Of a stretch of DNA of 64,000 bases, positions 7,511 to 17,372 are shown one piece after another; positions within the stretch are counted from its first letter, which is position 1, and each line of letters opens with the position of its first letter. Position numbers and translations under genes: made by a program. Source of the DNA: Pseudonocardiaceae bacterium (GTDB taxonomy: Bacteria > Actinomycetota > Actinomycetes > Mycobacteriales > Pseudonocardiaceae). Under the pieces are notes generated by a model that made no database searches, had not been told where the DNA came from, and saw only the letters and a list, made by a program, of their open reading frames with translations. The stretch is taken from the NCBI GenBank assembly GCA_009377865.1, contig WHTH01000017.1, positions 248 to 64,247 on the forward strand, given 5' to 3'.

Positions 7511-9570
7511 CGGCCGGTCCATTTGATCATCCCACCCTGACACATCGCCCAGCCCGGAAAGGTCGGGAGCACCTGTTCTCGCACGAGCCGTTCCAGCGCC
7601 TGGCCGCAGGCCACGAAGCTGTCGTGATTGCCCTGCCCGATGTTTGCTTCACCGTTTCCCCGCCTGAGGCGCCGGCCGGCCAGGTGCGGCTGCATAGCGA
7701 GGTGGGGTTCGATAGACCACGTGCCGGTATAGCCGCTGTCAAGCAGCAGCCGCAGACAGTCGGCCACGCGGGCCTGCCCCGCTCCTGGCAGCGTGTACGT
7801 CGGGTGAGCTGTGCTGCCTTCAGCATCTTTGACGTGCACGTGCGCCACGTAATCGACGATCTGTGTGAGCAGGTCGTAGGCCTCGTAGCTGTAAGCGATC
7901 CCGTTGCCGGTGTCGAAAAGGAGACGAAGGGCTGGACTGTCCACCCTGTCCAGCAGGTCGAGCATGCGTTCGGCCGCTGTCCCGGCCCACCCGGTGCAAT
8001 TCTCGTGCACGAGGACGAGCCCAGCCTGTTCGGCCTGGCCCGCCAGTCGACGCATCCGCTCGACGACCCGTCGGCCCCATTCCTGCTCAGTCAGACCGTG
8101 GTTGGGGTAGGACATGACGCGGATATAGCGCGTTCCCAGTGCGACGCATCGCCGCGCGAGGACACCCAGTTCATCCAGGTCCTTATCGAAGTCTCCGCTG
8201 ATCGGTCGCGCCCAGTTGCCGATTTGCGAGGCAACGCAGGCGACCGCCAGCCCCTGAGAATGCAGCGTGTCCGCGAGCCGGGCGAACGCCTCGTTGTCAA
8301 GGTCCGCGACCGCGGTGCCGTTCACCGTGCGCAACTCGATCGACGTCCAGCCCAACCTGGCCAGTGAACCCAATTGGTCTTGCAGGCCCACGCCAGCTTC
8401 GTCGCCGATGCCGGCGAACAGGACCGCCGGGGCGAGCGCCCCCCGGTCGGCGCGCACGACCGGTGCGGATCGAACCGCGGTTGCGCTCCCCCACCCGTTC
8501 GCACCGTGTCGGGTTCCTGCGTCCACGTCTCCTGCCGCTTGCCCACCTACGGCCAGTCGGCGAGGTGCGGCACATCCCCGACGTCGGCACCGGCGCTTCG
8601 CCTCGGCAAGCACCCTGACCACCTCGGCATCCAGCCTGGGATCATCCCCGCCCGACTCGGGTGCGGCGAAGCGTTCGTAGGTTTGCAGCAGGAAGGTGGT
8701 CAACGCGTTGTCGCGGAAGACAGCCCGCCTGCGACGACCGCCCACCGTCGCGCTCAGCTGAGCGGTGTCGTCGTCCTCACTGATGGCGTAGTGGCCGATC
8801 AGCGTGCCCTGATCCAACTTGAGCGTGATGCGCCGCTCGCGCGTCAGCGAGGTCAGGTCGGAGAACAGGTCCGTGCGCACCCCGGTGTCATGGTCGAGAC
8901 ACAGCGAGGCTGTGCCCATCCTCGGCACCACAACATCATCGACACGCATGTCGGACCAGGCGGCGTCGCGGACGCGGGCGCTGCCGGCCAAAGCCAGGGC
9001 CACCCCCACAGCGTGTGGCATCTCGACGTCAACCACAGAGGGGTGGCCAGTGTCCGCCAGCGACCGGGTGAAGCGCGGTTTGCGCTGCACCACCGAAATC
9101 GTTCGCAATGAACCCATCGCACCGCTGTCTAGGACCTCCTGCAAACGCCGGGTCAGCAGGCTGGCTCGCCACGGTGCCACCACCACCATGGTGAGGCCCC
9201 AACGTCGACGAAGCCGGGCGATGTCGGTCAGGTCGTGCTCGTCGACCGCCAGCGGCTTCTCCACCAGGATCTTCCGGAACCCCAACCGGGCGAGTTGTGT
9301 CAGCACCTCGACCCGCACGGTCGGCGGGGTGCACACGTGCACGACCGTGCTGCCAGGATCCGTCATATCGGCGGCCTGCGCCAACGAGCCGGCGCGGACC
9401 GCGCCGGGGGGCGCGGCGTCGGGGCCACCTGGGTCGAATGTGACCACCGGCCGGTCAGCGAACAAATGCCGGGAGGCCTCGATCGCGCGCGCTCGCAACA
9501 GCACCGGCAAATGAAGACCACTTCCCGAACGCCCCAAGCCGACGATGAGCGTCTGCACCATCACCATCAC
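7507..9570 (-). CDS. Apparent fusion protein: N-terminal Gfo/Idh/MocA oxidoreductase plus C-terminal xylose-isomerase-like TIM-barrel (sugar phosphate isomerase/epimerase, IolE/MocC-like)
   Basis: Single uninterrupted 687-aa ORF. Residues ~1-330 give LIVGLGRSGSGLHLP...ILVEKPLAV. Residues ~400-687 give ...GWTSIELR...YIRVMSY...LVHENCTGW...HVHVKDA...WSIEPH. An Arg/Ala-rich linker lies around residues 335-395. Confidence 0.7.
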   Translation of the reverse strand: MMVMVQTLIVGLGRSGSGLHLPVLLRARAIEASRHLFADRPVVTFDPGGPDAAPPGAVRAGSLAQAADMTDPGSTVVHVCTPPTVRVEVLTQLARLGFRKILVEKPLAVDEHDLTDIARLRRRWGLTMVVVAPWRASLLTRRLQEVLDSGAMGSLRTISVVQRKPRFTRSLADTGHPSVVDVEMPHAVGVALALAGSARVRDAAWSDMRVDDVVVPRMGTASLCLDHDTGVRTDLFSDLTSLTRERRITLKLDQGTLIGHYAISEDDDTAQLSATVGGRRRRAVFRDNALTTFLLQTYERFAAPESGGDDPRLDAEVVRVLAEAKRRCRRRGCAAPRRLAVGGQAAGDVDAGTRHGANGWGSATAVRSAPVVRADRGALAPAVLFAGIGDEAGVGLQDQLGSLARLGWTSIELRTVNGTAVADLDNEAFARLADTLHSQGLAVACVASQIGNWARPISGDFDKDLDELGVLARRCVALGTRYIRVMSYPNHGLTEQEWGRRVVERMRRLAGQAEQAGLVLVHENCTGWAGTAAERMLDLLDRVDSPALRLLFDTGNGIAYSYEAYDLLTQIVDYVAHVHVKDAEGSTAHPTYTLPGAGQARVADCLRLLLDSGYTGTWSIEPHLAMQPHLAGRRLRRGNGEANIGQGNHDSFVACGQALERLVREQVLPTFPGWAMCQGGMIKWTGR

Positions 9571-9624
9571 CCCAACGCCACATGAGCAACGAGCGAGCCG
9601 AGCGACCCACAGTCAAGTCGCATC

Positions 9625-10089
9625 TCATCCGGCCGAGAAGCTCTGGCCTGGCGCGACGTGTGAACCATACCCAGGCTTCACCGTCACCAAGGGCACGGCG
9701 CACCTGTCGTCGGCGTAAAGGACGATGTCGTCGTCCGTGAGGTTGACAATCAAATGCGCAAGCGGGGGCGCGTTGTTGCACCGATTTGGATCATTGAATG
9801 AAGTCAGCGGCGCGAGTTCGTGCTCGAAGATCACAAGCTGCCCGGTCATCGAAGGCGGAGCGGCTTCGCTGGCGGTAACGGATTTCGTAGTCACCTGCGA
9901 CCCACTCCCATTAGTGTCTTCCGCCGCGAAGACGGGAGTCCACGCCGAAGCGCCAGCGAGTGCCACAGTGCCGGCTGAGAGCAGTGCGCTGTATGCTATG
10001 CAGGCACCGAGCCGGTGACTTTTGTGTAGCGAGCGGATGCGGCCGGCTTGCCGCCGGATGGGATTCTGGGCCTTCTCGCGGCGAGTCAT
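9625..10089 (-). CDS. Small secreted protein of unknown function
   Basis: ATG at 10089 with RBS AAAGGGG. A basic N-region plus hydrophobic core (ACIAYSALLSAGTVALAGASA) suggests a signal peptide. The mature part has 2 Cys. Local GC is lower than the surroundings. Confidence 0.55.
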   Translation of the reverse strand: MTRREKAQNPIRRQAGRIRSLHKSHRLGACIAYSALLSAGTVALAGASAWTPVFAAEDTNGSGSQVTTKSVTASEAAPPSMTGQLVIFEHELAPLTSFNDPNRCNNAPPLAHLIVNLTDDDIVLYADDRCAVPLVTVKPGYGSHVAPGQSFSAG

Positions 10090-10249
10090 GGAGCTGCCCC
10101 TTTCGAGCGAGGTACATTGCGATATAGTATGGTGCGTGTCTGCATCGGACTGGAGTCCATCGGCACAGTGTGGTGTGTAGCCACGACTGTTGCCCGCTTC
10201 GGCTAGTATGCAGTTGTCCGAGCAGCGATCCTAGCGTTTGGAAAGGAAC

Positions 10250-11161
10250 ATGCCTCCTCCTTCCGACAGCAGTTCTGCGATCCCGCGCGGTGGTGTATCC
10301 TGCGTCCCGCTGTCAGCAGATGCAGCGCACAACAGTGCGTCCGTGGCCCCTGGCGGAACTGGATATGTATTCGACAACGACAGCTTCCATGCCCACGACC
10401 AGCATCGTTGTCTGGCCGAGATGCTCGACCCCATGACAATCAACCGGCTCTCCGAGACCGGCGTGGCAGACGGGTGGCGCTGCCTGGAGGTCGGCGCGGG
10501 TGGTGGAAGCGTGGCAGTGTGGCTGGCCCAGCAGGTGGCGCCGTCGGGCACGGTCCTTGCCACCGACGTCAAGCCCCGCCACATACCCCAGACCGCCGGG
10601 TTGGAGGTCACCCAACACGACATCGTGACCGACCCACTACCGCAAGCAGCATTCGACTTGATCCACGCGCGCCTCGTCTTGTTGCACCTGCCGGAGCGGC
10701 GGTCGGTTCTGCACCGGCTCGTCCGCGCCCTCCGGCCAGGCGGGTGGCTGCAACTCGACGAGTTCGACATCACATACGGTCCCGCGCTGCTTATGCCCGA
10801 CCAAGCAGCTCGAGAGCTGTACGAAAGGTTTCTTGCGGCGAAGGCCAGGATGTTCCGGGCTGCCGGGGCCGATGGAGCATGGGGGAAAAACGCACCGCAG
10901 GCCATGCACGATTTCGGTCTGATCGAAATCGACCCCGCAGTATCGCTGCAGACGTGGCGGGCGGAATCCGCGGGAGTGGGGCTACTGCTCCACCACACGT
11001 TCCATCTGCGCGACAAGCTCATCGCTGCGGGCATGACCGATCGGCAACTCGAAGACATTCGTAGGCTGCTGACCGATCCCTCCTTCATGGCCATTTCGTG
11101 CCCGATCTACTCGATTCAGGGTCGACGCCCGCCCTCAGGCGGTCACGTTCGCCTACGCTGA
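10250..11161 (+). CDS. Class I SAM-dependent methyltransferase
   Basis: SAM motif I CLEVGAGGGSVAVWLA, followed by VLATDV and DLIHARLVLLHLP...LRPGGWL. ATG at 10250 lies after GAAAGGA. It is the only plus-strand gene inside the island. Confidence 0.8.
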   Translation: MPPPSDSSSAIPRGGVSCVPLSADAAHNSASVAPGGTGYVFDNDSFHAHDQHRCLAEMLDPMTINRLSETGVADGWRCLEVGAGGGSVAVWLAQQVAPSGTVLATDVKPRHIPQTAGLEVTQHDIVTDPLPQAAFDLIHARLVLLHLPERRSVLHRLVRALRPGGWLQLDEFDITYGPALLMPDQAARELYERFLAAKARMFRAAGADGAWGKNAPQAMHDFGLIEIDPAVSLQTWRAESAGVGLLLHHTFHLRDKLIAAGMTDRQLEDIRRLLTDPSFMAISCPIYSIQGRRPPSGGHVRLR

Positions 11162-12806
11162 GCGCGGCAAGGCGTGCGAGGGTCTGCCTGCACACCTTGC
11201 CCGTCGGACCCAGCGGCAGCTCGGGCAGGACCACGAGCGACTCGGGCAGCTTTCGACGGTCCAAGCCGCGCTCGTTCTCCAGGAAAGCATTGATCGCGGC
11301 CAGCGTCAGAGTCGCCGTGCCCGGCTGCTGGGTGACGCAGGCGCAGAGGCGCTCGCCGAGCTCGGGGTCGGGCATGGCCAGGCACACCGCGTCGGCAACC
11401 ACCGGATGAATGTCGAGCTGCTGCTCGATCTCGGCCGGGCTGATGTTGTAGCCGCCACGGATGACGACTTGCTTGATGCGGTCGACCACCTGCAGCTGGC
11501 CCTCGGAGTCAATCAGGCCACAGTCTCCGGTGCGCACCCATCCGCCCGGCGGCCGGTAGCGTTCATCGAGCTCGACAGCGTTGAGGTAGCACAAGGGGGT
11601 CATCGGCCCCCGTGCCCAGATTTCGCCTTGTTGGCCGGCGGGCAGCGGGACGCCATCGTCACCGACGATGCGGATCTCGGCGACTTTCGGGTCGGGGCGA
11701 CCCACCCGTCCCAGTTCCGGCGGCGAGTCCTCGACCGCTGTGTGGCAGTTGATGCCGTCGGCTGAGCCGTAGACGTTGATGATGGGGCAACCGAACCGCT
11801 CCTGGCACGCCTCGATTGTGGTTGTATGCAGCGCCGCGCCACTGGCCACGAGGGCATGAAGCGACGAGGTGTCCTCGCCGGGGGTCGGGCGTTCCGCAGC
11901 CATTCGACGCAACATCGTGGGGACACCGAAGACATCTGTCGGGCGGTGCCGCGTGATCATCCGAAGCGCGGTCGCGGAATCGAACGTGTCAAGAAGCAAA
12001 AGGGTCCCACCGTGGCGAGCCACGGTAACCGAGGTGCCGCAGGAGCCAAAAGAGGAGAACAGCGGCACGAGGACCAGGTTGCGCATGGGCTGCCGACCGT
12101 CAGACAGCGCGGCGACGTAGTTGGCTCGCCCCCCGGCCATGGCATTGTGTGAATAGGCAACCATCTTCGGCTCGGCCTCCGAACCCGACGACACCAAGAT
12201 GCGGGCGGGCCCCTCGGGGTTGACCGGCGGCTGCGGGCGCCATTCACGGCCGACGGCATCGTCGAGCAACCATGGGTCCAGCGATCGGCACCCTGCGGGG
12301 GCTTCGCCGAAGACGAACACCGAGCCCAGGTCAGGCAGGCGAGGACGTAGGCCGGTTAGGTTCTCGGCCAGCGGCGTGTCGCCTGCGGTATCGGCGACGA
12401 TCATCGCACTGGCCCGGGAACGGCCGAGCAGGGTCACCGTGTCCCGCCACCCCCGGCCAGGGGGAAACGGCAAGGCGACTGCACCGATGGCTGCGACCGC
12501 CAACTCCGCGGCCACGGCCCGTCGATCGTTGGGTGCCTGGATGCCGATCACATCACGTTCGCCGTATCCCGCCTCCATCAAAGCTGTCGCGACCCGGCGA
12601 ACCGAGGCGTCCAGGGTGGCGTAGTCGGTGGTGCCTGCAGAGTCGACCACAGCGGTCCGACCGGGGTGCGTGCGGGCGGCTTCGCCGAACAGCGAGTAGA
12701 GATCTCGATCGGGACACCAGCCCTTGTCGACCCAGTCCCTGCGCAGCCGGGCGGGGACCAGATCGCGCAGCGTGATGCCGTTCGTGGACGTCCACGTCGC
12801 CATCAT
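11085..12806 (-). CDS. AMP-dependent synthetase/ligase (adenylate-forming enzyme)
   Basis: The phosphate-loop variant is SSGSEAEPK. Also present are ...YGSADG..., TGDCGLIDSEGQLQVVDRIKQVVIRGGYNISPAEIE, and a C-terminal ...GPTGKV. Confidence 0.8.
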   Translation of the reverse strand: MMATWTSTNGITLRDLVPARLRRDWVDKGWCPDRDLYSLFGEAARTHPGRTAVVDSAGTTDYATLDASVRRVATALMEAGYGERDVIGIQAPNDRRAVAAELAVAAIGAVALPFPPGRGWRDTVTLLGRSRASAMIVADTAGDTPLAENLTGLRPRLPDLGSVFVFGEAPAGCRSLDPWLLDDAVGREWRPQPPVNPEGPARILVSSGSEAEPKMVAYSHNAMAGGRANYVAALSDGRQPMRNLVLVPLFSSFGSCGTSVTVARHGGTLLLLDTFDSATALRMITRHRPTDVFGVPTMLRRMAAERPTPGEDTSSLHALVASGAALHTTTIEACQERFGCPIINVYGSADGINCHTAVEDSPPELGRVGRPDPKVAEIRIVGDDGVPLPAGQQGEIWARGPMTPLCYLNAVELDERYRPPGGWVRTGDCGLIDSEGQLQVVDRIKQVVIRGGYNISPAEIEQQLDIHPVVADAVCLAMPDPELGERLCACVTQQPGTATLTLAAINAFLENERGLDRRKLPESLVVLPELPLGPTGKVCRQTLARLAALSVGERDRLRAGVDPESSRSGTKWP

Positions 12807-12840
12807 GTGAAGAACCTCCGTGGGGCATGCCGAGCGGTGA

Positions 12841-13308
12841 TCAAGCTGGCGCCATCCGGTTGGATACCCCCAACCTGTTCCATGCGTTGATCGCTGCGAT
12901 GGTCCAGATCAGATGGGAGAGTTCAACTTCGTCGAACGTGCGCGCAGTTTCCTGGTACACCTCATCCGGCACTCCATCGCGATCCAGCACGGTCATCGAC
13001 TCCGTCAGGGCAAGGGCCGCCCGTTCCCGATCGGTGAACAAAGGCGCGCCCCGCCAGACCGGCAACACATCTAGACGTTGGTCGCGCTCGCCCGCCGACC
13101 GCGCTTGCTTGGTGTGCAGATCCGTGCAGAAGGCGCAGCCGTTCATCTGAGAGGCGCGAACCTTGATCAGGTAAGCGATGACGGGGTCAAGTCCGGCCGC
13201 GGCGGTTTGATCGAAAGCGACCATGGCCTCGTAGACGTCGGGGGTGATGGCCGGCGGTGTCACTCGGGCGTTGGACGAGGTGCCGACGTTTTGGTCGATC
13301 TTGGTCAT
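12841..13308 (-). CDS. Carboxymuconolactone decarboxylase / AhpD-like family protein
   Basis: Trimmed to the ATG at 13308 (MTKIDQNV...), which has RBS GGAGGAA. The AhpD-core CxxC motif lies in QMNGCAFCTDLH. Confidence 0.75.
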   Translation of the reverse strand: MTKIDQNVGTSSNARVTPPAITPDVYEAMVAFDQTAAAGLDPVIAYLIKVRASQMNGCAFCTDLHTKQARSAGERDQRLDVLPVWRGAPLFTDRERAALALTESMTVLDRDGVPDEVYQETARTFDEVELSHLIWTIAAINAWNRLGVSNRMAPA

Positions 13309-13372
13309 CCCATTCCTCCGTGGTAGTCGGTTAGCAAGCACAGCCAACGGGGGTAGCCGTCCGAAGTCACGG

Positions 13373-14968
13373 TCAGGTCCAACGGCCTGTGCCGTAGGTC
13401 GCGGAGAGGTCGGCGAGGCATTCCCGCAATTTCAGGCGTCGCACCTTGCCCGTCCCGGTGCGGGGCACCTGGTCCCAGGTGAACACGAGTGGTTCGTCCA
13501 GCTCCGGAAGGTCACGGACGGCCGCCTCCCATGCAGTCTTGTCAAGCGACCCGTCGCCTGTGACGACCACCGGTAGGGGTCGGCGCCCGGGCGTGCCCAA
13601 TACGACGCATTCGAGCACCTGGAGGATGCGGTCGTCGATGACATCCTCGAGCTCGACGCAGCTCATGGCAGGGATGTGGTCGACTTCCCGATCGACGAAA
13701 ACGACATTGCCCAGCCAGGTGCGGGTGCCGATGTCCCCCGTGTTGAACCATGACCCGTCCGCCTTTTCCTCCCAGCGATGCTGTTCCCCGATGTATCCCA
13801 GACAACAGGCTGCAGTCTTGGCCATGATCAGCCCAGGTGTGCTTGGCCTCACCGGAGCAAACGTCTCTGGATCAACGACCCGCAACCTGGTTTTCAGCGG
13901 AATCGGCCTACCTTGGTTTCGTGTCGTCGGATGCCGCTCTGCCGTCTTGGCCACTGATCTGCGGGTAAAGAACCGAAATGTCAGAGGACCCAGCTCGGTC
14001 TGACCCCAGCCCTGCGCCCACAGTGCGCCCCATCGCGTGGAGGCACCCAGGTATGTTCGTACCGTCGTGGGGTGGACCGCATCGTACGTTCCGACATACA
14101 GGCGGACATCGGTGAATGGATTGTCGTCCCTGGCGCTCATCGGCAGCCATTGGATGTACGTTGCCGGGAGGCCCTCGAGGACCGTCGGCGGATGCGCCCG
14201 AAAAAGCTCCTCGGCGGTATCCACATCGTGGTCGGCCACCACGACCACGCTTTGCGGCGCCAGCGAGTAGGTGACAGCGGTCCAACAGAAGGTCCGACCG
14301 TGCGTGAAGGAACTGGCGGTGGCAACAGTGTCGTCGGGTTTGGCGACTATCACCGGCCAGCGGTGGGCCTCGAATGACGCGAGGCGGCGGATGATCGTGT
14401 TTGTCGAGTGCAGCACGAGCTTGGGGACGCCGGTCGTGCCTGACGTGGGAACCACGATCAAGGGTTCGTCCTCGTGGCGGCGGTGCGGCGGTGGTGGCTC
14501 GTGGCCGCGCACGCTGTCGAGGGACAGTGCCCCCCTTGCGGTTCCGTCAATGGTGAGGATCCGTTCGGCGAGGGCTGTCAAGTCCGTGTGCGTGCTCCAT
14601 GCGGCGTCAAGGGTGCCTGCGGTTGTAACGAGCAGGGACGGCGTCAGCCGCTCAAGCATCAGCTGCTGCGTCTCAGCCGGAAGGTGATTGGGGATGAGGC
14701 TGGGTAGGGCGCCGACGCGTATGGCAGCGCAGGCGAGCAGGTCGATGTCCCAATGGTTGTCCTTGGCGATGGCGACGCGGTCGCCCGGGCCCACTCCTGC
14801 AGCCGCGAGCCATCCAGCTGCGCCTCGTACCAGGCTCGCCAATTGTTCGACGTCGTAGGTGGTGCCGTCCTGAGGGGCGATGTCAAACGGTCTACTGAGG
14901 TGAGTGACCGTGCGGGCTCCCGCCTCGGCGCGCTCTTCAAAGAAGGTGCCCATGTCGTGTGTCTTCAC
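13373..14968 (-). CDS. AMP-dependent synthetase/ligase (second adenylate-forming enzyme)
   Basis: Motifs PTSGTTGVPK, ...GWGQTE..., NTGDIG...VVFVDREVD and GTGKVRR. The GTG at 14968 overlaps the upstream stop (GTGA). An alternative ATG lies at 14953. Confidence 0.8.
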   Translation of the reverse strand: MKTHDMGTFFEERAEAGARTVTHLSRPFDIAPQDGTTYDVEQLASLVRGAAGWLAAAGVGPGDRVAIAKDNHWDIDLLACAAIRVGALPSLIPNHLPAETQQLMLERLTPSLLVTTAGTLDAAWSTHTDLTALAERILTIDGTARGALSLDSVRGHEPPPPHRRHEDEPLIVVPTSGTTGVPKLVLHSTNTIIRRLASFEAHRWPVIVAKPDDTVATASSFTHGRTFCWTAVTYSLAPQSVVVVADHDVDTAEELFRAHPPTVLEGLPATYIQWLPMSARDDNPFTDVRLYVGTYDAVHPTTVRTYLGASTRWGALWAQGWGQTELGPLTFRFFTRRSVAKTAERHPTTRNQGRPIPLKTRLRVVDPETFAPVRPSTPGLIMAKTAACCLGYIGEQHRWEEKADGSWFNTGDIGTRTWLGNVVFVDREVDHIPAMSCVELEDVIDDRILQVLECVVLGTPGRRPLPVVVTGDGSLDKTAWEAAVRDLPELDEPLVFTWDQVPRTGTGKVRRLKLRECLADLSATYGTGRWT

Positions 14969-16398
14969 GGTTGGCGCCTCTCTTCAAAAGATTCGAGGTA
15001 AAGCCCGCTTCCTCGCAATCGGCCGCCGGGGGTTATTCGCTTTGGCGTCCGTTGCTTCGAGGACGCGGAGTCTCCGGGCTCTGCACTGTGTGCCTGTATC
15101 CTTGCGGCAGCCAAATCAGCCGATCGAAAGGCACCCTCGCTGGCCGGCTGCAGCGCCACCCAGTCTCCTGCGTACTCGACCGCCCGGGTGGGTCGGCGCA
15201 GAAAGTCCGGCCGGAACCGCAACGCCGCGGGAGTGGCCTCCGGCAGCCCGTAGCGGAAGCGGTGGACAAAGTGCGTGTGCGCGGCCTGACCGAGGCCTGG
15301 CAAGTAACGCTCGGACTGCTCGGTCACGCGTTGCACTACCTCCTGGTCAGAAGCGTCAATTAGCTCGCGGGTGGCCACCGGCCGCGTGAACAACGACACG
15401 AGACCACGGCCCTCGGGCGCTCGGCCGGATGCCTTGTTGTGCTCGACGGCGATGCCGGATAAAAGGTCATCCTCCGCAGCGGGGATGAGCACTCCGTAGG
15501 CGCTCGGCGCGCCCTGGACGGCGAGCCGTCGCTGGAGGCCACAACTGACCCGGAGCATGGGAGTGTAAGTACACGCCCGCAGGTACGGACGCTCGTCCTC
15601 GGGCGCGTTTACATGCAGGTCCAGCGCGACCGGGGCCGGAACGCACAGCACCACAGACCGTGCGGTGAAGGCTCCCTCGCTCGTGACCAGGCGGGCGTTG
15701 TGGGAGGCGGAGGTGACCTCCTGGACCGCACACCGAGGGGTGATATGTACGACCTCTGCCAGCCGGCGTGCCAGCGTATCCATGCCCTCCCGGTACGTCC
15801 GCCAGGTCGCGGTGCTCCTGGTCGCAAGCAGTAGGCAGACCAAGGGCGCCGCAGCCGAGCGCTCCGCCTCCCAGCCGAACAAGCCGCCCACGAGGGGCTG
15901 GAAGACGTAGTCCGACACCTCACGGCAGTAACGTCCGGCCAGCTCGGCGACGGTCATGTCGCCCAGCGGCGTGCTCTCGGGATGGTCGGCTTGGAAGGCC
16001 CGTGCCCGTGACGTTACGAAGGCGTTGAACCGCACCATTTCGAGCCGCGCGCGCAGTGACAGGCCCGCCCCGGTAAACAAGCCGAGGGGGCGTCCGACAT
16101 TGGGATGCGCGCGCCCCTCGCGCCACAGTGCGACGGGGCTGGGAATACGGGGGACGTCCTCGTCGGACAGGCCGACCTGGCGGATCAGCTTCCAGGTAGT
16201 GGCATAGCCGTGAGTTCCGATCATGTCCGCACCCTGGTCGATGAGGTAGCCGTCATGTCGCAGCGTGCGCATGCGCCCCCCGACCTGCTCGGCGGACTCG
16301 AGCACGTCAACCGACCGGCCCGCTTGCTGCAACGCATACGCGACCGCCAGTCCGGACGCTCCCGCGCCGACGACGGCGACGTCGAGATCGCTGGTCAT
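14965..16398 (-). CDS. FAD-dependent oxidoreductase (protoporphyrinogen/amine oxidase-like fold)
   Basis: ORF 14965-16947 was trimmed to the ATG at 16398 (MTSDLDVAVVGAGASGLAVAYAL...VLESAEQVGGRM), which carries the dinucleotide-binding GxGxxG-x17-E motif. The start forms an ATGA overlap with the upstream stop. Confidence 0.75.
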   Translation of the reverse strand: MTSDLDVAVVGAGASGLAVAYALQQAGRSVDVLESAEQVGGRMRTLRHDGYLIDQGADMIGTHGYATTWKLIRQVGLSDEDVPRIPSPVALWREGRAHPNVGRPLGLFTGAGLSLRARLEMVRFNAFVTSRARAFQADHPESTPLGDMTVAELAGRYCREVSDYVFQPLVGGLFGWEAERSAAAPLVCLLLATRSTATWRTYREGMDTLARRLAEVVHITPRCAVQEVTSASHNARLVTSEGAFTARSVVLCVPAPVALDLHVNAPEDERPYLRACTYTPMLRVSCGLQRRLAVQGAPSAYGVLIPAAEDDLLSGIAVEHNKASGRAPEGRGLVSLFTRPVATRELIDASDQEVVQRVTEQSERYLPGLGQAAHTHFVHRFRYGLPEATPAALRFRPDFLRRPTRAVEYAGDWVALQPASEGAFRSADLAAARIQAHSAEPGDSASSKQRTPKRITPGGRLRGSGLYLESFEERRQP

Positions 16399-17372
16399 GA
16401 CACGCCTCCCCCGACCTGGGCATAGACCAGGTTGACGACGACCAACACCACGACGGCCGTCCGGTGCGTCGTGATGCCGAGCTTGCGGGCCACGAGGATG
16501 TCGTGACGGCGCACTCCGATGTCGAGCTGGCGGGCGCGCAGCGCGATGATCGGGAGCATGGCCAGCGGAAACCACCACGGCGCCACATTGACCAAGGGGG
16601 CGCCGACGATGAGCAGAACCTGGAGCAGGGAGACCACAGCGATGGTCACCGCGTTGCCGCGGGCAGAGAGCATGGTCGCTGCGGTCCACCGCCCGACCTT
16701 GGCGTCGCCGGTGACGTCGTTGGTGTTTGAGTAGACGCCGAAGAGTAGAGGCCCCATGCCGAAGACCAGCGCCTGGACGACGACGAAGCCGGGGGCGGCG
16801 CCGGTGATCAGCCCGTACGGTGCCAGCAGCCAGCCCACCCCGACGCCGGCGAGAATGGCCTCGTTGAAGCCGTGGTGGCTGAGCTTCAATCCCCACGACC
16901 ACTGCACGGCCGCTGCCAGGCACACTGCCGTTACGACGACCGCCCAAGTGGGGGGCGCCGGCGCGACGGCGATGGCCGCTGCCGACAGAAACACGGCGGT
17001 GGCCAGCGCGACCCAGCCGAACCGGGTTGCCTCGGCAGGGGTGAGCTCCTGCGTCAACAGCGGCTTTCGCGCCAGGCGACGGGCTGGGGCATCAGGCCCG
17101 TAGTTAACGGCGTCGCTGCCGTCGCGGTAACCGGTCACGTCGTCGAAGGAGACGGTTGCCGCCACGATGCTGATCTCGCTGAGCAGAAACAACGCCAATG
17201 TCGCCAGGACGCGACCGTCAAGGCGGGCCTCGGCGGGCAGCAGCGACCAGACGATGAGCAGGCCCAGGTAGTAGTCGAAGATGTCGAGCTTTGCCAGCCG
17301 CACGTAGGCGGGGGCTTTGCGCCTGAGTGGTGTCGGCACAAGCAGAGCAGGGCGGTAATGATTCTTGATCAC
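16395..17372 (-). CDS. UbiA-family integral-membrane prenyltransferase
   Basis: Trimmed to the GTG at 17372 (GTGA overlap with the upstream stop at 17369). It is very hydrophobic with multiple predicted TM segments. An Asp-rich loop reads SFDDVTGYRDGSDAVNY. Family assignment is by overall resemblance only. Confidence 0.6.
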   Translation of the reverse strand: MIKNHYRPALLVPTPLRRKAPAYVRLAKLDIFDYYLGLLIVWSLLPAEARLDGRVLATLALFLLSEISIVAATVSFDDVTGYRDGSDAVNYGPDAPARRLARKPLLTQELTPAEATRFGWVALATAVFLSAAAIAVAPAPPTWAVVVTAVCLAAAVQWSWGLKLSHHGFNEAILAGVGVGWLLAPYGLITGAAPGFVVVQALVFGMGPLLFGVYSNTNDVTGDAKVGRWTAATMLSARGNAVTIAVVSLLQVLLIVGAPLVNVAPWWFPLAMLPIIALRARQLDIGVRRHDILVARKLGITTHRTAVVVLVVVNLVYAQVGGGVS

